A stretch of 36,237 nucleotides of DNA from Candidatus Babeliales bacterium (lineage in GTDB: Bacteria > Babelota > Babeliae > Babelales > Vermiphilaceae), in the NCBI GenBank assembly GCA_044451405.1, contig JBIOKB010000006.1:1-36237 (forward strand). The letters are read 5' to 3'. Made by a program: the position numbers and the translations under genes. Shown here piece after piece: positions 28,385 to 36,237 of the stretch (position 1 is the first letter of the stretch; every line of letters starts with the position of its first letter). The notes beneath the pieces are model-generated. The model did no database searches. It was not told the DNA's origin and was given only the letters and a program-made list of their open reading frames with translations.

Positions 28385-30742
28385 ATGAAAACGTTAGCAA
28401 ACAAAGGAGCAGACAACATTCCGGATATGTTACCAGTCATTCCAACTATGGATGTTGTTGTATTTCCGCACATGCTTGTACCATTGCTGGTACTTGATGA
28501 AAAAATCATCCAGGGAATTAACAAATCATTACAAGAATCGAAAATGGTATTGTTATTGGCAGCACAAAAACAAGCTGATAAACAAGGCGCTATTGGAACT
28601 AAAGACCTTTATGCTACCGGAACGGTAGCCTCTATAATGCGTTTAATAAAAATCCCTGAAGGCGGCGTTAAAATTCTTGTACAGGGGTTGAGCAAGGCGC
28701 GCGCTACCTCTATTTTTGCTGAGAATGATAGTTTATACGCCCATATTGAGCCTATTACAACTATCCCTACTGATAGTGATGAAATTACTGCACAAATTCG
28801 CAATATAAAAAATCTTGCAGAAAAAATGAGCATTTCCGGTCAATCGTTTAGTCCAGATTTTCACCTCATTCTTTCAAAAATGCAGGATCCAGAAAAAATA
28901 GCTGATTTTATTTTATCCCACTTAAATTTGAGTGTTGAGCATGCACAAGCGCTCCTTGAAACCCATGACCTATCAGAATTCTTAGCAGGAATTTATGAGC
29001 ACTTAAACAAAGAACTTGAAGTCTCTGAAATCCAAGAAAAGATACGGGCCCATGCACGAGAATCAATGAACAACTCGCAAAAAGAGTTCTACCTACGCGA
29101 ACAACTAAAAGCTATTAAAAAAGAACTTGGTGAAGATGATGCGCAAGATATTGATGTAATGCGAGAAAAATTAGCTCACCTTACATTACCAGAAGAAACG
29201 TATGTTGAAATTAATCGCCAAATTAACCGTTTAGAGCGTACAGCACCAGATTCTATGGAAGCTGCTGTTATTCGCAATTATTTAGAATGGATTTTTGCAT
29301 TACCGTGGAATAAAGAAACACCAGACAACCTAGACATAACCCATGCAAAACAAATCTTAGATGAAGAACACTATGGACTTAAGGATATTAAGGATCGCAT
29401 TCTTGATTTCATTTCGATCCGTATCCTCAAACAAGATGGCTATACGCCCATTTTATGTTTGGTTGGTCCTCCAGGAACGGGAAAAACATCGCTTGGTAAA
29501 TCAATTGCTCGCAGCATCGGCCGTGAATATGCACGTATATCACTGGGCGGCGTAAAAGATGAAGCTGAAATACGGGGTCACCGCCGCACCTATGTTGGCG
29601 CTATGCCCGGACGCTTTATACAGGCAATGCGCAAAGCAGGTTCTTTAAACCCAGTTATTATTATCGACGAATTAGATAAAATTGGATCAGATTTTAGAGG
29701 TGATCCATCAGCAGCGATGCTTGAAGTGCTTGATCCACAACAAAATAAAACATTTTACGATAATTATTTAGGTGTTCCCTTTGATTTATCAAAAGTAATG
29801 TTTATCGCGACAGCCAACACCATTGATTCTATTTCTGGACCACTACGCGATCGTATGGAAATAGTTGAACTTTCAGGATACACCCTTGAAGAGAAAATGA
29901 GCATTGCCAACAAACACTTGGTACGTAAGGCTGTATTTGATGCAGGGCTTCATGACCACCCAATCTCATTTAACGATGAACTCTTAAAAGATATCATTGC
30001 TAACTACACGCGAGAATCGGGGGTACGTCAATGTGATCGCGTTATTCGCACCCTATGCTCAAAAATAGCTCGCTCATTTGTAGAAACACAGCAACTTATT
30101 GATGTACAAACAAGCAACATAGAGAAATATTTAGGGCCACGAAAATATCTTGAAGAAGAAATGGATACCATAGATCAAGTTGGTATCACCAACGGTCTTG
30201 CATGGACCATGTATGGCGGCGAGATGCTTAAAATTGAAGCGGTTCTCATGCCAGGACGCGGGAAACTTATTTTAACCGGACAACTTGGCGATGTTATGAA
30301 AGAATCAGCACAAGCTGCCCTCAGTTATGCCCGTGCCCATACCAGCGATTTTGGCATCGATAATAAGAAGTTCACGCACTACGATCTTCATATTCACGTA
30401 CCCGCTGGCGCTATACCAAAAGATGGTCCTTCTGCGGGTATTACCATGCTTACCTCAATTCTTTCAACACTGACTGGACGTCCAATCAACGCGAAATATG
30501 CTATGACAGGCGAATTGAATTTACGCGGAGAAGTGATGCCTATTGGTGGGGTGAAAGAAAAGGTGTTAGCAGCAAAACGTAACAAAATGCTTCATGTAAT
30601 TCTGCCATCACAAAATAAAAATGATTTAATTGGGATGGAAGAGATTACTAAAGATATTAATGTTATTTGGGTAAAACATGCGCAAGAAGTTATTGATCAT
30701 GTATTAAACCCAGTAGCTGAACTTAAAGTCCGACGCAGTTAA
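28385..30742 (+). CDS. lon: ATP-dependent Lon protease
   Basis: LON N-domain, GPPGTGKTS, GHRRTYVGAMPG, DELDK, PKDGPSAG, GGVKEK. Confidence 0.97.
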   Translation: MKTLANKGADNIPDMLPVIPTMDVVVFPHMLVPLLVLDEKIIQGINKSLQESKMVLLLAAQKQADKQGAIGTKDLYATGTVASIMRLIKIPEGGVKILVQGLSKARATSIFAENDSLYAHIEPITTIPTDSDEITAQIRNIKNLAEKMSISGQSFSPDFHLILSKMQDPEKIADFILSHLNLSVEHAQALLETHDLSEFLAGIYEHLNKELEVSEIQEKIRAHARESMNNSQKEFYLREQLKAIKKELGEDDAQDIDVMREKLAHLTLPEETYVEINRQINRLERTAPDSMEAAVIRNYLEWIFALPWNKETPDNLDITHAKQILDEEHYGLKDIKDRILDFISIRILKQDGYTPILCLVGPPGTGKTSLGKSIARSIGREYARISLGGVKDEAEIRGHRRTYVGAMPGRFIQAMRKAGSLNPVIIIDELDKIGSDFRGDPSAAMLEVLDPQQNKTFYDNYLGVPFDLSKVMFIATANTIDSISGPLRDRMEIVELSGYTLEEKMSIANKHLVRKAVFDAGLHDHPISFNDELLKDIIANYTRESGVRQCDRVIRTLCSKIARSFVETQQLIDVQTSNIEKYLGPRKYLEEEMDTIDQVGITNGLAWTMYGGEMLKIEAVLMPGRGKLILTGQLGDVMKESAQAALSYARAHTSDFGIDNKKFTHYDLHIHVPAGAIPKDGPSAGITMLTSILSTLTGRPINAKYAMTGELNLRGEVMPIGGVKEKVLAAKRNKMLHVILPSQNKNDLIGMEEITKDINVIWVKHAQEVIDHVLNPVAELKVRRS

Positions 30743-30743
30743 G

Positions 30744-30784
30744 ATATAATCCCAGGCAGGAGAATCCCCTGCCTGGGATTATAT
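30744..30784. terminator. Probable bidirectional terminator after lon
   Basis: 17-bp perfect IR atataatcccaggcagg/cctgcctgggattatat between convergent genes. Confidence 0.8.
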
Positions 30785-30809
30785 TTATCCGAAAGCTAAA
30801 ATATTAAAA

Positions 30810-31073
30810 CTACTCAACCACTCCCAATGATCGGCAACTAAACACTCTGAGCAGTAAAAAATAGGCGACAACGACAACGAGTGCTAGTGTTGGTACAGCA
30901 ACAGCACATCCTCTTCGACAGCCCAACCCCTCTTGCTCCATATGCCTAAATCGAGCGTTTCCTGCTTCAATATCCTGTACATTTTCTTGCGATCGCCGCT
31001 GTGCTACTGTTGCTTCCATGGCATAACAGACAGGATTACATGCAATGCTGAGAATAATTATTATGCGCTTCAT
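30810..31073 (-). CDS. Small secreted protein with Cys-flanked C-terminal TM helix
   Basis: Signal peptide (...CYA|ME), polar linker, GCRRGC then TM; ATGA coupling. Confidence 0.65.
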   Translation of the reverse strand: MKRIIIILSIACNPVCYAMEATVAQRRSQENVQDIEAGNARFRHMEQEGLGCRRGCAVAVPTLALVVVVAYFLLLRVFSCRSLGVVE

Positions 31074-31534
31074 GGTGCGAACTTATTGATCAGAATATAG
31101 GAAACAACACCCCCTACAAGCGTAACCGCAGCGCATATGGCAACATGGCGGCAGCGATAGGGGCAAAGCCAAGAAGCTACTCTGTTTATTGTGCGTGGGA
31201 CTGCAACTTCCCCTATTTCAATTCCATTAACAGAAGTTGTTCTTGAAGGAGGCCTCATGTCTTCTGGAAGTAATTCTAGCTCTAAAGAATTTGTTCTTGA
31301 AGGAAGCCCCATGCTTTCTGGGGGAAGATCAGGTTCTAGAGATGTTCGATCTAAAAGTTGTCCGTCTGAACCAGCATCACTGCCATTTTGATCTCTTATG
31401 CCTTGATCTCTTACGTATAATCGATAATGAGCTTCCGGACTTTCATTTTTATAAATATCACTGAGCCTTTGTAAATCTGCTGCAACAACCGGCAATACAC
31501 CCAAACATCCCATAACTATAAAACTATATTTCAT
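31070..31534 (-). CDS. Small secreted protein with 18-aa tandem repeat and Cys-flanked C-terminal TM helix
   Basis: Signal peptide, acidic/Pro-rich linker, LCPYRCRH then TM. Confidence 0.7.
   Translation of the reverse strand: MKYSFIVMGCLGVLPVVAADLQRLSDIYKNESPEAHYRLYVRDQGIRDQNGSDAGSDGQLLDRTSLEPDLPPESMGLPSRTNSLELELLPEDMRPPSRTTSVNGIEIGEVAVPRTINRVASWLCPYRCRHVAICAAVTLVGGVVSYILINKFAP
31232..31339 (-). repeat. 54-bp tandem repeat (2 units plus a partial third)
   Basis: agaagttgttcttgaagg at 31232 and agaatttgttcttgaagg at 31286; LEPDLPPESMGLPSRTNS / LELELLPEDMRPPSRTTS. Confidence 0.85.
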
Positions 31535-31542
31535 ATAATCCC

Positions 31543-31860
31543 CTATGCCCGTACTTTACCTGTCACCATGGCCCATATAAAAAAGCTAATACACGTACCT
31601 GCTATGAAACAGTAACATGCATTAGCTCGTGTACATATTCCCGAACTAGGTGCTTCTGTTTCTACTTCTACAGCAGCCCATTCAGTACTCCATGGGACCA
31701 CTTCCTCTTGCACATTGTGTAATGGTGAAAAAGAACGGCTATCTAATCGATCTTGATTAAACGCTGTAACTTTATTTGATCCCCTTTCAGACTGAAGCTG
31801 AAACGCGTTACCTGTTTTGATGATGCTCATCATACATACAATGTAAAAGATTTTTCTCAT
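31543..31860 (-). CDS. Small secreted protein with Cys-rich C-terminal TM helix
   Basis: Signal peptide, acidic linker, ICTRANACYCF then TM and GKVRA; SD GGAG. Confidence 0.7.
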   Translation of the reverse strand: MRKIFYIVCMMSIIKTGNAFQLQSERGSNKVTAFNQDRLDSRSFSPLHNVQEEVVPWSTEWAAVEVETEAPSSGICTRANACYCFIAGTCISFFIWAMVTGKVRA

Positions 31861-32010
31861 GATATCTCCATTATTTTAACCTAACCCAACTCCAAGCATT
31901 ATTGAGTGTATCAGCTACCCATAAATAAATTCCAGCATCTGCATACTCGAACGCGATCCTTATTAAATCTTTACAAACAGAACTGCTTTCATTAGCTTAA
32001 TGAAACATAG

Positions 32011-33513
<1,503 letters not shown>

Positions 33514-33518
33514 CTGAT

Positions 33519-33764
33519 ATGCACCTTATCATCGTAAGTCCTTTTTCACAAAAAACTATTGATATTGAGTGGATCGAACTCAATACTCCTGTGGGAAATT
33601 TTGTTATACAACCTGAACATGCCCCTACCATTATCACGCTGACTCCTGGGCAACCAGTTATCTATATGATCTCCAACGGAAAAGAAGAATCGTTTATAGT
33701 ACGTGAAGCTATTGTACAAGTAACCAGAACTGCCGTTACCCTTTTAATGCAAGACGCACTATGA
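33519..33764 (+). CDS. atpC: F0F1 ATP synthase subunit epsilon, N-terminal domain only
   Basis: LIIVSP, TPVGNFVIQPEHAP, L.PG; directly after atpD; 81 aa. Confidence 0.85.
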   Translation: MHLIIVSPFSQKTIDIEWIELNTPVGNFVIQPEHAPTIITLTPGQPVIYMISNGKEESFIVREAIVQVTRTAVTLLMQDAL

Positions 33765-35371
33765 AACACCTACTGGGTTCTATTGTTTCCGGATCGCTGG
33801 TTGAAGGGCTTGTTATGCGTATTAGCCCGCACGCAAACATCGAAGATATAAAAACCGGAAAATTTGTATCGGTGCAGGGAGGCAAACATACTTTCTTTTC
33901 ACTCATTACTGATTTAAGCCTTGAAGTTACCCATACAGATATTTTACTTTTTCCTCCCAAAGAGCAGGAAAAATTACTCAACGAGATTTTAAAACAAAAA
34001 GATATCTACGCTACGGCAACGTTAAAGCCTATGCTCATGCTTAATCATGAAAATCGACCTATCCCGGTAAAAACGATACCACCCCATTTTTCATCAGTAT
34101 ATGAAGCAACAAAAGAAGATGTTGCTCTCATTTTTGGCAACGAAGATGATGTGAGCAAAAACTATTTTAATATTGGGTGCCCGCTTGATATGGAAACACC
34201 CGTATGTCTTAATCTTGAACGGTTAACTGAACGCAGTAATGGCATTTTTGGAAAAACAGGGACGGGAAAAACATTTTTAACCCGCTTAGTACTTGCAGGG
34301 CTTATTAAACAAGATAAGGCAGTTAATTTAATTTTTGATATGCATAGTGAATATGGGCTTCAAGCGCGTAAAGAATCCTCTCAGTCCTTTGTTAAAGGCC
34401 TTAAAACATTATTCCCCGATAAAGTGGTTATCTTCTCCCTTGATCCGGAATCAACGCGGCGCCGCGGCAGCAGCCCTGATGTTGAATTAACCCTTACCTA
34501 CCAATCTATCACGGTTGAAGATATTATGTGTTTAGAGGAAGAGCTGCGCTTACATGCTACTGCACTTGAAGCTGCCTATTTATTAGCAGCAAAATATAAA
34601 AGAGACTGGCTCCAAGTATTGCTTGATAAAGGAGATTCGTTAAAAGAATTTGCACAAGAGATCGGCGCACACCCTGAGTCCCTTGCAGCGCTGTATAGAA
34701 AATTAAAACGTATTGAAAAGTTGCCTTTTTTAAAGAAGGTAACGTCAGGAGCTGCCTACAAAGACGCCTCGGTTATTGATCAAATGCTTGAATATATAAA
34801 TAAGGGCATGAGCATCATCATTGAATTTGGCAACCATACGTCAACCTTCGTATATTTATTAATTGCTAATATTATCTCACGCCGCATTCACACCCACTAT
34901 ATTGAAAAAACAGAACAGTTTTTAGGCTCAAAACAAAAAGAGCTTGAACCAAAAAAGTTGATGATCACTATTGAAGAAGCGCATAAGTTTTTAAACCCCT
35001 CAGCTGCCCGACAAACGATTTTTGGCACCATCGCACGTGAGATGCGCAAATATTATGTTTCGTTGCTTGTCGTTGATCAGCGCCCCTCTGGCATTGATGA
35101 AGAGATACTATCTCAGATTGGAACCAAGATTGTTGCCCAATTAAATGATGAGAAAGATATTCAAGCGGTGCTTACTGGGGTAAACAATTCCTCTAATCTA
35201 CGGTCCATTTTAGCATCGCTTGATAGCAAAAAGCAGGCACTCTTGCTCGGACACGCAGTTGCCATGCCGGTGGTTATTCAAACGCGGGAATATGACGAAA
35301 AGTTTTACCGTGCCATGCAGGATGTGGTTACCAGCAAAAAAATTGATGAGTTTATTAATGAGATTTTTTAG
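33761..35371 (+). CDS. HerA-like ATPase (HAS barrel plus P-loop)
   Basis: LGSIVSGSL..GL N-terminus, GIFGKTGTGKT, FDMHSEYG, ITIEEAHKF, AREMRKY, DQRPS. Confidence 0.88.
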   Translation: MKHLLGSIVSGSLVEGLVMRISPHANIEDIKTGKFVSVQGGKHTFFSLITDLSLEVTHTDILLFPPKEQEKLLNEILKQKDIYATATLKPMLMLNHENRPIPVKTIPPHFSSVYEATKEDVALIFGNEDDVSKNYFNIGCPLDMETPVCLNLERLTERSNGIFGKTGTGKTFLTRLVLAGLIKQDKAVNLIFDMHSEYGLQARKESSQSFVKGLKTLFPDKVVIFSLDPESTRRRGSSPDVELTLTYQSITVEDIMCLEEELRLHATALEAAYLLAAKYKRDWLQVLLDKGDSLKEFAQEIGAHPESLAALYRKLKRIEKLPFLKKVTSGAAYKDASVIDQMLEYINKGMSIIIEFGNHTSTFVYLLIANIISRRIHTHYIEKTEQFLGSKQKELEPKKLMITIEEAHKFLNPSAARQTIFGTIAREMRKYYVSLLVVDQRPSGIDEEILSQIGTKIVAQLNDEKDIQAVLTGVNNSSNLRSILASLDSKKQALLLGHAVAMPVVIQTREYDEKFYRAMQDVVTSKKIDEFINEIF

Positions 35372-36186
35372 TACTCTTTGTACACGAGATAACTTGCAAC
35401 AATATTTGCTGGATCACGAGTAATATATTTTTTTAATTCTGTTGCCTTATAAATTTCTCGTGAATAATGCGTATAATTTCCCAACTCCTTAGCTATTAAC
35501 GTATACCTTAATACTTCTTCCCGCTTTGCTTTTGGAGCTTTTTCACATGCACAATCTAATGCGCTTTTTCCATCTTTATTTCTGATAAAGGGATCTGCCT
35601 TACGTGTTAATAAAGTAGATACTATATCTGCATACCCCCTACTACTTGCAATAATAAGCGCTGTGTTATTCTGCTCTCCGTATGGTCTATTAATAAGATC
35701 ATCACTCATAAAATGCTTTAAAGTAAACACGTTTCCAAACCATACCGCATTAGTAAGTGCAGGATTGTTATGATCATCAACCAATAATGGGTCTGCTTTA
35801 TGCTTAAGCAAACACTCTGTTATTACACCACTTCCTTTAGCAGCAGCGGCCATTAATGGTGTTTGGCTTATTGCATTTCGTTCATTTACATCAGCCTTAT
35901 GGGCAAGCAGCCATTCAACAAACGTTGGTATAGTAGTATGCTGCGCTGCATAGTGCAAGACGGAATTTTTATCCTGCCCACGGCAGATATTGGGGCTTGC
36001 ACCACGAAAAAGAGCGTCGGCAAACATTGTTCCATCGTCATTTAAAACGGCATGCAATAAGAGAGCGTTTGGTGTTTGGCCCGCAGCAAACTCAGCCTCT
36101 GAAACCTCATACGGTTTTGGCTTTACTTCAGCCGCTTGAAGACCCACAGATAGGCCTAATATTATAATAGATAGATATCGTCTCAC
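35368..36186 (-). CDS. Secreted ankyrin-repeat protein
   Basis: Signal peptide (...GLQA|AE); SVLHYAA, KADVN, TPLMAAA, TALIIAS, GKSALD; GTG start. Confidence 0.92.
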   Translation of the reverse strand: MRRYLSIIILGLSVGLQAAEVKPKPYEVSEAEFAAGQTPNALLLHAVLNDDGTMFADALFRGASPNICRGQDKNSVLHYAAQHTTIPTFVEWLLAHKADVNERNAISQTPLMAAAAKGSGVITECLLKHKADPLLVDDHNNPALTNAVWFGNVFTLKHFMSDDLINRPYGEQNNTALIIASSRGYADIVSTLLTRKADPFIRNKDGKSALDCACEKAPKAKREEVLRYTLIAKELGNYTHYSREIYKATELKKYITRDPANIVASYLVYKEY

Positions 36187-36192
36187 CTTGGT

Positions 36193-36237
36193 TCCCCCTC
36201 AATAAATAAATGTCCCTTTATTTATTGAGTATAGGGA
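36193..36237 (-). promoter_or_regulatory. Hairpin overlapping the SD of the ankyrin gene
   Basis: 13-bp IR ctcaataaataaa/tttatttattgag (36198-36229), extendable by tccc/ggga. Confidence 0.55.

Noticed and set aside
33761-35371. HerA-based anti-phage system
   Set aside because: No Sir2, nuclease or other defence partner adjacent; housekeeping context

Overview
AT-rich bacterial chromosomal segment whose gene content (many Sec-signal proteins with ankyrin, WD40, MYND and PPP-phosphatase domains, a type II secretion cluster, a split atp locus) best fits an intracellular parasite of protists such as Candidatus Dependentiae (TM6/Babeliae). This taxonomy is inferred, not searched. Housekeeping genes are sodC, gspF-G-H-I-J-K, an MCE/MlaD protein, a YifB/ComM-like ATPase, acpS, tRNA-fMet, an Ap4A-type Nudix hydrolase, murJ, a LolD-like ABC ATPase, lon, atpD-atpC and a HerA-like ATPase. 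About a dozen effector-like genes are interleaved. Main observations: (1) a dispersed ~48-bp multi-stem palindromic element in five copies with compensatory base changes; one copy is read in frame inside a gene, one supplies a stop codon, and one is split by units of a second palindrome family. (2) Similar promoter/leader sequences precede three unrelated effector-like genes. (3) Signal-peptide proteins carry eukaryote-type targeting motifs: a CaaX box, a BC-box with WD40, ankyrin-MYND, and a recurring membrane-anchor helix. No integrase, transposase, prophage or CRISPR array was found.
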